Origin: Bdellovibrionota bacterium
Lineage (GTDB): Bacteria; Bdellovibrionota; Bdellovibrionia; Bdellovibrionales; Bdellovibrionaceae
Direction: 5' to 3'
Assembly: GCA_052034855.1 (NCBI GenBank)
Contig: JBPOIE010000023.1
Span: forward strand, 13,534 to 77,533
Length of the DNA: 64,000 nt
Shown here: positions 48,091 through 58,688 of the stretch, piece by piece
Position numbering within the stretch: position 1 is the first letter of the stretch
Layout: every line of letters starts with the position of its first letter
Notes under the pieces: generated by a model
What the model saw: only the letters and a program-made list of their open reading frames with translations
Databases searched by the model: none
Told to the model about the DNA's origin: nothing
Position numbers and translations under genes: made by a program

Positions 48091-50145
48091 ATGTCTCATT
48101 CAGTAAATCCTCTACTTCAAAAATTTGATCTTAAAGATCAAGCTGTCCCATTCCACTTGATTCAAACTGCGCATTACATCCCTGCGGTTCACGAGGCCAT
48201 CATGGCGTCAAAAGCGAAACTCGAAGTGATCAAAAGCCAGAAAGACATTACCTTTGAAAATTCGATTTTAGCTTTAGAGCAAATCTCTGAAACTGTGGAT
48301 CGCATTTCAGGAATTTACTTTAATTTATTCTCTGCGGAAGCGAATGACGAACATCAAAAACTAGCGCAAGAAATTTCTCCGATTTTGTCGGCGTTTTCTT
48401 CGGACATTTCTTTGGACTCAGACATTTTTGCGAAAATCAAATTTGTGTATGACAACCGCACACAACTAAAACTGATCGGCGAAGATTTAAAACTGACAGA
48501 AAAAATGTACAAAGACTTTGTTCGTAACGGTGCTTTGCTCAGCCCCTCTGACAAAGAAAAATTACGTGCCTTGGATCAAGAACTTTCAGTTTTGAGCCCG
48601 CAATTTTCGGAAAATGTTTTAAAAGCCACAAACGCTTTTGAATTATGGATCAACGATGAAAAAGAACTGGCAGGACTTCCGGACAGCGCCATCGAAGCAG
48701 CCAAAATTGCGGCTGAACAAAAAAATAAAGACGGAGCCTCTAAGGGGCAGTGGTTATTTACTCTGCACGGTCCATCCCTGATTCCTTTTATGACGTATTG
48801 TTCAACTCGTGCTCTCCGTGAAAAAATGTGGCGTGCAAGTTCGACAAAATCTTTTGGCGGAGAATTTAATAATTCTGAAATCGTTTTAAAAATCGTTCGC
48901 TTGAAACATCAGCGCGCACAAATCATGGGTTTTAAAAATCATGCGGATTATGTTCTTGAAGAACGGATGGCACAAAAACCAGAAACTGTTTTTGCATTTA
49001 TCGAAAAACTTTTAGAGCCTTCAAAAAAGGCTGCCGCTCGTGATCTCGATGAAGTTCGTGCTTTCAAAAAAGAACTTGAAGGCAGTGACGATATCCGCCC
49101 ATGGGATTTTGCGTATTACTCTGAAAAACTGAAAGAGAAAAAATATGCTTTCAACGAAGAAGAACTTCGTCCGTATTTTAAATTAGAAAACGTCATCGAA
49201 GGTGTTTTTGAGCACGCCAGAAAACTATATGGAATTAGTTTTAAACCAGTCACTGGAATCCCCGTTTATCATCCTGATGTAAAAACATATGAAGTTTTTG
49301 ACGAAGAAAACAATAATGCTTATGTCGGTTTGTTTTATATGGATTTCTTCCCGCGCGAAACTAAAAAAGGGGGCGCATGGATGACGTCGTACCGCGAACA
49401 AGGCTTGTGGGGTTCAGACATCAAGCGTCCGCATGTCTCGATAGTTTGTAACTTTACAAAACCAACACCAACAACACCATCGTTATTAACATATGATGAA
49501 GTGACAACTTTATTTCACGAATTCGGCCATGCACTTCACGGTTTATTATCACAGTGTAAGTATAAAAGTTTATCTGGAACAAATGTGTACTGGGACTTTG
49601 TTGAACTTCCATCGCAAATCATGGAAAACTGGGCCAAAGAAAAAGAAGGTCTTGATCTGTTTGCTAAACACTATCAAACAAATGAACCAATCCCTGCAGA
49701 ACTTGTTGAAAAAATCAAGCGCTCTCAAAAATTTCAAACGGGCTGGATGAGTCTTCGTCAGTTGTCTTTTGCATGGCTGGATATGAGTTGGTATACGACA
49801 GACCCTGCGACAATTCAAAATGTTGATGCTTTTGAAACAATGATTGGTGATAAGACACGTCTACTTCCAAAAGAAGCCGGCACAAACATGTCGTGCAGTT
49901 TTAGTCATATTTTCGGTGGCGGATATTCTGCGGGATACTACTCATACAAATGGGCCGAGGTTTTAGATGCTGATGCTTTTGAATTTTTTAAAGAGAAAGG
50001 TCTTTTCAATAAAGACGTCGCAACAAAATTTAAAAATTCAGTTCTCAGCCAAGGTGGAACAAAACATCCGATGGATCTGTACAAAGAATTCCGTGGACGT
50101 GAACCCGATGCTAATTCACTCCTTAAACGCGATGGACTCATTTAA
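48091..50145 (+). CDS. M3 family metallopeptidase (Dcp/oligopeptidase A)
   Basis: TLFHEFGHALH, WDFVELPSQIMENW, HIFGGGYSAGYYSYKWAEVL. Confidence 0.95.
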   Translation: MSHSVNPLLQKFDLKDQAVPFHLIQTAHYIPAVHEAIMASKAKLEVIKSQKDITFENSILALEQISETVDRISGIYFNLFSAEANDEHQKLAQEISPILSAFSSDISLDSDIFAKIKFVYDNRTQLKLIGEDLKLTEKMYKDFVRNGALLSPSDKEKLRALDQELSVLSPQFSENVLKATNAFELWINDEKELAGLPDSAIEAAKIAAEQKNKDGASKGQWLFTLHGPSLIPFMTYCSTRALREKMWRASSTKSFGGEFNNSEIVLKIVRLKHQRAQIMGFKNHADYVLEERMAQKPETVFAFIEKLLEPSKKAAARDLDEVRAFKKELEGSDDIRPWDFAYYSEKLKEKKYAFNEEELRPYFKLENVIEGVFEHARKLYGISFKPVTGIPVYHPDVKTYEVFDEENNNAYVGLFYMDFFPRETKKGGAWMTSYREQGLWGSDIKRPHVSIVCNFTKPTPTTPSLLTYDEVTTLFHEFGHALHGLLSQCKYKSLSGTNVYWDFVELPSQIMENWAKEKEGLDLFAKHYQTNEPIPAELVEKIKRSQKFQTGWMSLRQLSFAWLDMSWYTTDPATIQNVDAFETMIGDKTRLLPKEAGTNMSCSFSHIFGGGYSAGYYSYKWAEVLDADAFEFFKEKGLFNKDVATKFKNSVLSQGGTKHPMDLYKEFRGREPDANSLLKRDGLI

Positions 50146-51041
50146 TGGCTGAAAAAAAACTAAACCTTAAAAATCAGAAAAAAATCGCTATCGTTTACCG
50201 CATCCATTCCGATGCGGCCGTTAAAATGGCCAAAAAAGTTTCTGAAAAATTAAAAGCCCGCAAATACCAAGTCTTCACTGCTCCTGAGCAAAAATTGATT
50301 CCAGGCACATTGACTGTCGTTAGTTCTAAAGAACTTCAAGAGATGAGTCTGATCATCGTACTGGGTGGTGATGGAACTTATTTACGTGCGGTGCGCCTAC
50401 TGAAAGGCCACCCTGTTCCGATCTTAGGATTTAATATGGGTTCACTGGGGTTTTTAACGGCTCATCCTGAAAGCGAAGTTTTTGCTGTCATTGATGAAAC
50501 GTTAAAAAACAATATGGTCATTCATCAACGCACACGTATTCACACTATGGTTAAATTAAAAACAGGAAAACGTGTTTCGTTTGATGCTTTAAATGACGTT
50601 GTGATTGAGCGTGGATCGTTTTCTCAATTGATCAGTACCTCTGTTTATTTTGATGATGCTTTTGTGAATGATATCAAAGCGGACGGTTTAATTATTTCAA
50701 CACCGACGGGTTCAACGGCATATAATTTGGCCGCAGGTGGGCCGATCCTGCACCCTGAGGTCGCAGCATTAGTTGTGACTCCTGTGGCTCCGCACTCGTT
50801 AACATCACGCCCTTTGATTTTTCCTGATCATCAGAAACTGACGATGAAATTGGAAAAACAAACCAGCACAGCGCATTTAATTATTGATGGTCAAAAGGTT
50901 TTGGAACTATCGCCTGAGGACGAAGTCACAATTACAAAATGTGACAAAAATCATTTGATGATACGGAAACCAAAACACAACTTTTTTGCCTTACTGAAAG
51001 AAAAACTCAGATTCGGAGATCGCTATGTTACAGGAGCTTAG
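50145..51041 (+). CDS. nadK: NAD kinase
   Basis: LGGDGT, GSLGFL, ALNDVVI, DGLIISTPTGSTAYNLAAGGP. Confidence 0.95.
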   Translation: MAEKKLNLKNQKKIAIVYRIHSDAAVKMAKKVSEKLKARKYQVFTAPEQKLIPGTLTVVSSKELQEMSLIIVLGGDGTYLRAVRLLKGHPVPILGFNMGSLGFLTAHPESEVFAVIDETLKNNMVIHQRTRIHTMVKLKTGKRVSFDALNDVVIERGSFSQLISTSVYFDDAFVNDIKADGLIISTPTGSTAYNLAAGGPILHPEVAALVVTPVAPHSLTSRPLIFPDHQKLTMKLEKQTSTAHLIIDGQKVLELSPEDEVTITKCDKNHLMIRKPKHNFFALLKEKLRFGDRYVTGA

Positions 51042-52731
51042 AGTATCGCAATTTGCCATCATCGATTCTTTGCAAATTGAATTTCAAAATGGACTTAATA
51101 TTTTATCTGGTGAAACAGGATCTGGAAAATCAGTGCTGCTCAAAAGCTTAGCCCTTTTAATGGGTGAAAAAGCCTCAGCAGATACAATTCGCACAGGGTG
51201 CTCGACAGCCACTGTCGAAGGTTCGTTTAATTTAAAAAAACGTCCTGACCTTGAGAAAAAATTAGAATCTTTAGGAATCGAAGTTGAATCACATCAGTTG
51301 ATTGTTCGTCGAATTATTTCTGCTGAAGACAAATCCAAGGTTTTTTTGAACGGCGTTTTAAGTCCGTTATCACAGCTTCGTGATTTTGTTGCGCCTTTGA
51401 TCGAAGTCACTGGTCCCAATGCTCCGTTGATTGAGATGACCGGACAGCATGACAATAGAAATCTTTTGTCAAAAAGTTATCACTTAGATCTATTAGATCA
51501 GTATGGTCACCTGTGGGATAAACGCGCAAATTATGAATCAAAATTTACAACGTGGTCAGAGCTGAAAACTAACATCAAAGACTTTGAAAAAAAATCCCAA
51601 GAAAAAGCACAACGCCTCGATTTTTTAAAATTTCAATTTCAAGAGTATGCCAATCTCGATTTAGACTTGGATCAAGATTTAAATCTTGAACAAGAAATCA
51701 AAACATTAAAAAACTCTTCAAAGCTTGTGGGTTTTGCCGATCTGTGTGATCAGGTGATATATCAAGATGATGATTCTGTTTCAGCGCGACTCAAATCTCT
51801 ACTGAAAAAATCGGTAGAAATGGCTTCACTTGATACAAATCTGGCCGATAAAATTTCAAATCTACAACAAGCCCAAGTTTTGATTGATGATGCTGTTTAT
51901 GCAATTCGATCTTATGTGCAAAAAATTGATGCCGACCCTGCGGCCCTCGAAGAAAAAGAATCCCGCCTGAGTCAAATCCGTAAATTGCAAAAAAAGCATG
52001 GTGAAGATTTAACGGCGATGGCGCAATTTTTTGAATCGATGAAGTCTGAAATTTCAAATCTTGAAAACTCTGATCAACATATCCTGACTTTAAAAAAACA
52101 AGCCAGCCTGTTAGAACTTGAACTAAAAAAATTGGCCGAAGAATTACATGCTTCACGACTTAAATTTGCAAAAAAACTAGCAGAAAATGTGAATACCGAA
52201 CTTGAAGATCTGAATATGAAAGGTGTGACTTTTGATATTCAAATCGATAAATTGACAGAACTTTCTATGACCGGCCTGAGTGATATTGAATTTTTATCAC
52301 AAACATCGCCGAAAGATCCCAAACGTCCCATCGCGAAAGTGGCTTCCGGCGGCGAATTGTCTCGTATTTTGTTAGCTCTCAAAAAATCAGTTGGTGCGAC
52401 TCATGGAAAAATGGATACTCCGCGCACGTACTTATTTGACGAAGTCGACACGGGTGTTTCTGGAACAACGGCTGAAAAAGTCGGTCGCAAATTAAAAGAA
52501 ATTGCTAAAGGCCAACAAGTGATTTGCGTGACTCATTTACCGCAAGTGGCCGCGTGTGGTGATGTGCATTTTTCAATTCAAAAATCGACTTTGAAAAATC
52601 AAGCGATTATGACAGTCACAGAATTACATAAAAAAGAACGCGTTGATGAAATCGCTAGATTGATTTCCGGCGAGAAAATTTCTAAGACCTCAATTGCGCA
52701 CGCCGAGCAGTTACTGAAGGAAAGTCATTAA
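51025..52731 (+). CDS. recN: DNA repair protein RecN
   Basis: LSGETGSGKS, IEMTGQHD, VASGGELSR, FDEVDTGVSG, VICVTHLPQVAA. Confidence 0.95.
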   Translation: MLQELRVSQFAIIDSLQIEFQNGLNILSGETGSGKSVLLKSLALLMGEKASADTIRTGCSTATVEGSFNLKKRPDLEKKLESLGIEVESHQLIVRRIISAEDKSKVFLNGVLSPLSQLRDFVAPLIEVTGPNAPLIEMTGQHDNRNLLSKSYHLDLLDQYGHLWDKRANYESKFTTWSELKTNIKDFEKKSQEKAQRLDFLKFQFQEYANLDLDLDQDLNLEQEIKTLKNSSKLVGFADLCDQVIYQDDDSVSARLKSLLKKSVEMASLDTNLADKISNLQQAQVLIDDAVYAIRSYVQKIDADPAALEEKESRLSQIRKLQKKHGEDLTAMAQFFESMKSEISNLENSDQHILTLKKQASLLELELKKLAEELHASRLKFAKKLAENVNTELEDLNMKGVTFDIQIDKLTELSMTGLSDIEFLSQTSPKDPKRPIAKVASGGELSRILLALKKSVGATHGKMDTPRTYLFDEVDTGVSGTTAEKVGRKLKEIAKGQQVICVTHLPQVAACGDVHFSIQKSTLKNQAIMTVTELHKKERVDEIARLISGEKISKTSIAHAEQLLKESH

Positions 52732-53863
52732 AACTTTACCTGTTTATTTATTTTTAAGTCTGATTATTTTCACTGGTTTTTATGCACGCGCGGCCAGTGA
52801 AAATTTAGTTTACTTTGAAACTTATGAAGAAAATAAAACTGAGTTTTTAAAACTCGCAGGCAATAACTCACTTTCTGCATGGGAACTTCCGACAGAATCA
52901 AGTTTAACAACTGACCTTGCGCTGCTCAGGAAAAGCAAAACTCCTTCAGATGAAGTCATTGTAATTTCTTCGGGTCTGCATGGGATCGAAGGCTTTGTAG
53001 GTTCAAGTATCCAACGTGATTTAATGAAAAATTTTAAATTTAATTCAGATGTTTTGATGATTCATGCGATGAATCCATGGGGCATGAAAAACAAGCGCCG
53101 TGTTGATGAAAACAATATTGATCTTAATCGTAATTTTATCGAGGGTTCTGAAGCTTTTAAAATTGCAAATCCCGACTATCTTAAAATCAATTCATTTTTA
53201 AATCCGGCGGAATCTGTCAGTATCAACTTCTTTCAACGCTTTGGATTTTTTGCCAGATCCATTCAATTGATACTTCAATTTGGGATTGAACCGCTCAGAA
53301 AATCAATCCTCATTGGACAATACTCTGAGACCAAAGGACTTTATTACGGAGGATCTGCTGTCAGCTATTTGAAACACAAAGTTGATGAATTACTAAAAAC
53401 AATTTTGGTATCCTATAAAAAAGTTCTTTGGATTGATCTACATACTGGATACGGCGAAAATGGGAAACTTCATTTATTAGCCAATGACGAAAATTCAAAA
53501 GAAGGTCAACGATTGAAAGTTCGATTTAAAGATCAAAAAATAGATTTTGGAAATCAAAAGAATTTTTACAAATCCACGGGTGACTTAGCTGGGTACTTAA
53601 ATTCAAAATCTACAGACTCTCAAGAAATCACCGCCTTGGTTTTCGAATACGGAACCCTAGACAGTCAAAAAACACTGGGATCGATTGAATCTTTGCGTCG
53701 CATGGTTCTTGAGAACCAAGGTTTCCAAAATGGATATCTAAATGAAGAATCTCGATTCAAATCTTTTGAATTATTTCAGGACCAATTTTTTCCGCAGGAT
53801 TCTGTCTGGAAGAAATCTGTTCAAGAGCAGACTCGCTTCTTACTAGACTCAATCTTAAATTAA
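52727..53863 (+). CDS. Secreted M14-like zinc carboxypeptidase (DUF2817-like); probable ATT start
   Basis: The frame of ORF 53024 is open back to 52718. The extension encodes a signal peptide (KTLPVYLFLSLIIFTGFYARA) and the HGIE zinc motif; IDLNRNF, IDLHTG and FEYG follow downstream. Confidence 0.75.
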   Translation: MKTLPVYLFLSLIIFTGFYARAASENLVYFETYEENKTEFLKLAGNNSLSAWELPTESSLTTDLALLRKSKTPSDEVIVISSGLHGIEGFVGSSIQRDLMKNFKFNSDVLMIHAMNPWGMKNKRRVDENNIDLNRNFIEGSEAFKIANPDYLKINSFLNPAESVSINFFQRFGFFARSIQLILQFGIEPLRKSILIGQYSETKGLYYGGSAVSYLKHKVDELLKTILVSYKKVLWIDLHTGYGENGKLHLLANDENSKEGQRLKVRFKDQKIDFGNQKNFYKSTGDLAGYLNSKSTDSQEITALVFEYGTLDSQKTLGSIESLRRMVLENQGFQNGYLNEESRFKSFELFQDQFFPQDSVWKKSVQEQTRFLLDSILN

Positions 53864-53966
53864 TAGATTATCTTCTCGACGACAGTCTAGTCTGCGAGAG
53901 CTTTATTTGTACGCTTTTCAAAAATCAGTCAAAATAGAATCTCAATCAAACAACCAAGGATGGGTT

Positions 53967-54704
53967 ATGAATTTTAAATCCGTATCGATCATCGCAATCT
54001 CAGCACTACTGCTCATTGCAAATCCTGCAGAAGCTGCAAAAAAACGCGGTGGCAAAGGTGTTTTTGGCGGAGGATCTTTATCATTAGGTATCGGAATTGG
54101 TTTTGCGACTGCAGAACAATCTGGAATTAATGATATTATTAAAAATGCAAAAGCAAACAACCAAGCGACAACCAGCGAACTCAAATCTGCGATGGAATAC
54201 AGTCTACAACCGACGTTCACATTTTCAAATGGCTTAGTAGCGATTCAACTTCGTCCTTCGATATTTACTCAGTCAGAAAGTGGAACTGGATCTGCGGGAT
54301 CCTACAGCTATAGTCTGAGCGGCTTTACTGTTTTTCCTTTAGTTCGGATTATTCCTTTAAGTAATGACATCATCGATTTTTATATCCAAGCGGGTCTTGG
54401 CTACGGAAAAATGGACGGCGATATTACGAATGGTCCAACTAAAGTGGCTTTCTCGGGATCAAGTTTCGGTATGCAAGCCGGACTTGGAGCTAATTTTTGC
54501 TTCGTTCCAGATCACTGCGTTGGTGTTGAAGGCAACTACAGATACTTACCTGTTCAACGAAATATCACTTCAAGTACTTCTGGCGGTCTCTCAAATAATA
54601 TCACTCAGGCAACAAAAGATGCCGAGCTTGAAATTGATGGCAGCGATATGGCGACAACGTTCTCGGGAATTTCGGGAGCACTCAGCTACACATACAATTT
54701 CTAA
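53967..54704 (+). CDS. Outer-membrane beta-barrel protein (OmpA/OMP_b-brl-like)
   Basis: Signal peptide AEA, amphipathic strands (FYIQAGLGYG, VGVEGNYRY), terminal YNF; ATG 53967 has an AAGGA SD. Confidence 0.7.
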   Translation: MNFKSVSIIAISALLLIANPAEAAKKRGGKGVFGGGSLSLGIGIGFATAEQSGINDIIKNAKANNQATTSELKSAMEYSLQPTFTFSNGLVAIQLRPSIFTQSESGTGSAGSYSYSLSGFTVFPLVRIIPLSNDIIDFYIQAGLGYGKMDGDITNGPTKVAFSGSSFGMQAGLGANFCFVPDHCVGVEGNYRYLPVQRNITSSTSGGLSNNITQATKDAELEIDGSDMATTFSGISGALSYTYNF

Positions 54705-54731
54705 TATTTTTAGTTTTAGATTATTTATAAA

Positions 54732-55487
54732 CTAAATTAAATCGAGAACATTCAACAATTGCACATCAGCCCCTTCAACTTTCAGAACGCGGGGCTGATC
54801 GAGCCAAGTTCCTAAGTTAATTGACCTGACTGAACCACTGTCTGTTTCAAAAGTAAAATCATCAACCACGTGCATGTGGCCTGTAATCAATAAATCAAAT
54901 TCTTTTTCTTTATAAACTTTTTGCGCATAAGCACGAATCCACTTACGAATTTGCTCAGCGTTTTTCACAGCATAATGAGATGTTTTTTTTCTGCTTTTAG
55001 CACTGAGAGATTCACCAAACCACTTCCAGAAAAAGCCTGGCAAAATATGACTGATCGGTTCAACATATGGCTTACGAACAGTTTCACGGTATTTAATGTA
55101 CGCTTTATCATGGGGATTAATATAATCCCCGTGTTCAAGGCGAACCTTGTACTCACCGATTTTAAAATAAGCTTCATTTTCAAAAACCGGAATTCCTAAT
55201 TTTTTTGTCCAGAAAACATCGATATGAAAATCGTGATTTCCCTCAAAGTAAAAGACTTTGCCGCCGCCATCTAAAAATTTCTGAATTTCAGAAATCAATT
55301 GTGCATAGTGATCTTGAAAGGCTTGACCATCAGAAATCCAAAAATCAAAAATATCACCCAGTAAAAACAATTGATGCTGGCTGGGGTTCTGATTCAGAAA
55401 AAACAAAAAGCGAAGTAGTATGTTACCACTTCGCTCGTTGATGTTCTTTAAATGAATGTCTGATAAAAACCAGTGTTGAACACTCAT
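54732..55487 (-). CDS. lpxH: UDP-2,3-diacylglucosamine hydrolase (calcineurin-like phosphoesterase)
   Basis: SDIHL, LGDIFDFW, GNHD, LEHGD, ITGHMH, NLGTW. Confidence 0.8.
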   Translation of the reverse strand: MSVQHWFLSDIHLKNINERSGNILLRFLFFLNQNPSQHQLFLLGDIFDFWISDGQAFQDHYAQLISEIQKFLDGGGKVFYFEGNHDFHIDVFWTKKLGIPVFENEAYFKIGEYKVRLEHGDYINPHDKAYIKYRETVRKPYVEPISHILPGFFWKWFGESLSAKSRKKTSHYAVKNAEQIRKWIRAYAQKVYKEKEFDLLITGHMHVVDDFTFETDSGSVRSINLGTWLDQPRVLKVEGADVQLLNVLDLI

Positions 55488-55500
55488 ATTTTAAATAAAA

Positions 55501-57159
55501 CTAGTTTTGTAATTCAAAACCTTGTTTTTTACGGATAAAAGCAGGCACTTCTAAAATATCGCGCGCCATTTTGCGAGCTTCTTCAAGTTGTAACTGACTT
55601 TGACGATCTTCATCCATCATTGTTAATTGTTCAGGATGAGTTTTCTCTTCAACAGTTGTTGTTTGAGACTCACGAAATGCTTTTGCCTTTGCTAATAACA
55701 AATCACGCGCAGTTTGTGCTGTTGTTGTTGCTTCAGCTTGTATTTCTTGAGTTTTCAAAGGCGATACGGCTGTTGAAAAATCTTGAGCTACTGGAGTTTC
55801 AAACTTAGCTTCTGGTGCTGCTGCAACAGTTGGGGTTGCAAAAACAGGAGCTGTATTTTCTTCAGCTGCAAAAGCTTGAACAGATTCTTGAACAGCTTGC
55901 ATCGGAGGTAAAACATGCGTTTGAGCCGGTGTTGCCACTGGTGGTGTTAATGCTTGAGCAGCCACAGTCGTTGCTGTTTGTTGAGCTTGTAATTGTTGAA
56001 GTTGCATCATCATTTGCATGATTTGCTCTTGAGTCATCTGCCCCGCCACATTCATGTTCGGAGCTTGAGTCGGTTGAGTTTGAAACACTGGAGCTTGTGG
56101 AGCTACGGCTTGTGTTTGCTGTGGTGGCAAATCAAAAGTTAATGTCGGACCTGACAAAAAATTCTGCATGCTTTGGAATCCAGATAAAGTGTCCTTTTTC
56201 TCTTCACGTGAGAAACCTGTCGCGATCACTGTCACTTGGATTTCGTCTTGTAAATTTGGATTAATCACAGCACCAAAAATAACTTCTGCGTCTTCGTTCG
56301 CAGCTTCTGTAATTAATGTTGAAGCTTCATTGACTTCATAAAGAGATAAATCAGATCCACCCGTTACATTAATAATGATGCCTGTTGCGCCATCGATTTT
56401 AACATTCTCTAATAAAGGTGAAGAAATCGCTTGAGTCGCTGCGATCACTGCACGGTTTTCACCTTTTGCAGATCCAGTCCCCATTAAAGCTAAACCTTTA
56501 TTCGACATCACTGTTCTAATATCTGCGAAATCTAAATTGATCAAACCACGAATGTTAATTAAATCAGAGATCCCTTTTACGGCTTGTAATAAAACTTCAT
56601 CTGCTTTTTTGAAAGTATCTAATAACGGAGTTTTTTCATCTGAAATCGTCAATAATTTCTGATTTGGAATAACGATCAATGCATCCACATTATCACGTAA
56701 TTCAGAAAGACCACCTTCAGCGTGCTTTGTGCGTTTTTTTCCTTCAAAAGAAAAAGGTTTTGTGACAACACCGATTGTTAAAGCACCTAATTCACGCGCA
56801 ATCTTTGCAACGATCGGAGCTCCGCCAGTTCCAGTTCCGCCGCCCATACCTGCTGTGACGAAAACCATGTCTGAACCTTTTAATTGTTCAACAATGTGAT
56901 TATAAGATTCAATCGCAGAACGACGGCCAACATCTGGATTAGCACCAGCGCCCAGACCTTTTGTTAAATCAACACCTAATTGAATTTTTTGGCCAGCTTT
57001 ACTAGAGTTCAAAGCCTGAATATCTGTATTGGCTACAACAAACTCGACGCCGCTCATGCCGCCTTCGATCATTGTTGTTACAGCATTACTTCCGCCACCA
57101 CCGACGCCAACAACTTTGATATTGGCTCCGATATTTACATTTTCTTCAAGTTCGAACAT
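55501..57159 (-). CDS. ftsZ: Cell division GTPase FtsZ with very long Q/A/P/T-rich linker
   Basis: [35 protein letters not shown]; C-terminal peptide [11 protein letters not shown]. Confidence 0.97.
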   Translation of the reverse strand: MFELEENVNIGANIKVVGVGGGGSNAVTTMIEGGMSGVEFVVANTDIQALNSSKAGQKIQLGVDLTKGLGAGANPDVGRRSAIESYNHIVEQLKGSDMVFVTAGMGGGTGTGGAPIVAKIARELGALTIGVVTKPFSFEGKKRTKHAEGGLSELRDNVDALIVIPNQKLLTISDEKTPLLDTFKKADEVLLQAVKGISDLINIRGLINLDFADIRTVMSNKGLALMGTGSAKGENRAVIAATQAISSPLLENVKIDGATGIIINVTGGSDLSLYEVNEASTLITEAANEDAEVIFGAVINPNLQDEIQVTVIATGFSREEKKDTLSGFQSMQNFLSGPTLTFDLPPQQTQAVAPQAPVFQTQPTQAPNMNVAGQMTQEQIMQMMMQLQQLQAQQTATTVAAQALTPPVATPAQTHVLPPMQAVQESVQAFAAEENTAPVFATPTVAAAPEAKFETPVAQDFSTAVSPLKTQEIQAEATTTAQTARDLLLAKAKAFRESQTTTVEEKTHPEQLTMMDEDRQSQLQLEEARKMARDILEVPAFIRKKQGFELQN

Positions 57160-57219
57160 ATTTCCTCCGTAAAAATTTGTTAAAAAAACTAAATTAAAAT
57201 CCCTTTTAAATAATCAATG

Positions 57220-58605
57220 CTAAAATAAATCAGAAAAAAACTTTTTCATTTTCTGAGCAACATCACCTAGAGAGTCACCCATCGAGCCCGTCATACTTAA
57301 ACCACTCATTGAGGCTTCTCGTGATGAGTAAAGTTCTTTTTTGGTTTCGATAGCAAACAATAACAAGCCAATCGATGTCGCAAATTCACAACCTTTAACA
57401 ACATCTTTGAGGCCACCGACAAGAACCGGATAACCACGACGAATCGGAGAATCAAAAACAAATTCACCCATTTCGACAAGGCCATCTAATTGGCTGGCGC
57501 CACCCGTGATCACGATTCCAGAACCTAATAAAGGTTGCAAACCACTCACACGAATATTATTTGCAATCATATTTAAACATTCTTCAGAACGTGCCTCTAA
57601 TATATGAGCTAATTCTTTGCGCTGAACACTGCGCGCCTTACGTCCGCCCACGCCTTCAACTTCAATCGTCTCATCTTCACCGACAAGACTGGCTAGGGCG
57701 CAGCCGTGTTTTTTCTTCAAAGTTTCTGCGAAAATCTGAGGAGTTCTAAGCCCAACTGCTGCATCTTGTGTAAAGTGACTGCCGCCGATGGGAATGATTG
57801 ATGTGTGAGCTACGCTGCCATTTAAAATGTAAACTAATTTCGTTGCTCCGCCGCCAATATCAGCTAAGCAAACACCAAGATTTTTTTCATCAGTACTTAA
57901 TACAGAGCGCATCACAGCCACTTGATCTAAAACCAATCCTGCCACTTTCAATCCAGCTTTTTCAATACAACGAATTAAATTTGAAACTGCGGATTGGCTG
58001 GCCGTCACGATATGAACATTGGCTTCAAGACGAACACCTGACATACCAATAGGATCAGTAATTCCATCTTGGTGATCGATTTTAAACTCACGCGGAATCA
58101 CATGTAAAACTGTGCGATCTGCAGGGACCTGAATGGCCTTAGCTGCTTCGATCACGCGATCAATATCTGAAGATGTGACTTCTTTATTTTTAATAGCAAC
58201 CATTCCACGTGAATCAAAAGATTGAACATGAGATCCCGAAACAGAAACCCAAACTTCGTTCACACGTGAACCCGACATCAATTCGGCTTCTTCTTTCGCT
58301 TTACGAATACACTCTGTTGTTGATTCGATATTCACAACAACACCTTGTTTTAAACCAGAATTTGGACAGACACCGACTCCAACAACTTCGATTTTTTGCT
58401 CTTGGTTGACAGTCACAACATTTGAGATCACAAGCTTGACTGCGAAAGATCCAACATCAAGCGATGCGAGCATGGGACCTGTCACCACCGAATGAGAGTT
58501 TGAATGACTTGATGATGAGATCGGTGAAGAAATCGAAGCAGAAACCGCATTGGATTTTGAATGACTCATTTTATCTTCCTTGAAGCTCGTTGCATACGAA
58601 TGCAA
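57220..58605 (-). CDS. ftsA: Cell division protein FtsA
   Basis: ASLDVGS, GLKQGVVVNIE, LHVIPREF, DIGGGAT, TGGASQL; Ser/His-rich N-terminal extension. The start may be 58569. Confidence 0.95.
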   Translation of the reverse strand: MHSYATSFKEDKMSHSKSNAVSASISSPISSSSHSNSHSVVTGPMLASLDVGSFAVKLVISNVVTVNQEQKIEVVGVGVCPNSGLKQGVVVNIESTTECIRKAKEEAELMSGSRVNEVWVSVSGSHVQSFDSRGMVAIKNKEVTSSDIDRVIEAAKAIQVPADRTVLHVIPREFKIDHQDGITDPIGMSGVRLEANVHIVTASQSAVSNLIRCIEKAGLKVAGLVLDQVAVMRSVLSTDEKNLGVCLADIGGGATKLVYILNGSVAHTSIIPIGGSHFTQDAAVGLRTPQIFAETLKKKHGCALASLVGEDETIEVEGVGGRKARSVQRKELAHILEARSEECLNMIANNIRVSGLQPLLGSGIVITGGASQLDGLVEMGEFVFDSPIRRGYPVLVGGLKDVVKGCEFATSIGLLLFAIETKKELYSSREASMSGLSMTGSMGDSLGDVAQKMKKFFSDLF

Positions 58606-58630
58606 CAGTTTTAAGTTACAATTCAGTTAT

Positions 58631-58646
58631 GACCTTAGTTAAGGTC
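58631..58646. promoter_or_regulatory. Palindrome between ftsQ and ftsA
   Basis: GACCTTA-GT-TAAGGTC, a perfect 7-bp inverted repeat. Confidence 0.3.
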
Positions 58647-58688
58647 CCTTGACAAAAGTCGTCCCGACGAATGTCTTATATATAAAGC

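Noticed and set aside
52782-53023. Frameshifted pseudogene explanation for the M14 peptidase
   Set aside because: The upstream coding information is in the same frame as ORF 53024 with no stop, so no frameshift is needed.
54364-54735. 123-aa alternative-frame ORF, and the other short nested or antisense ORFs in the track
   Set aside because: They lie within well-supported genes and have no motifs or SD support; treated as shadow ORFs.
55700-56120. Tandem repeat in the ftsZ linker
   Set aside because: Compositional bias (GCT/CAA/ACA codons) without a defined repeat unit.
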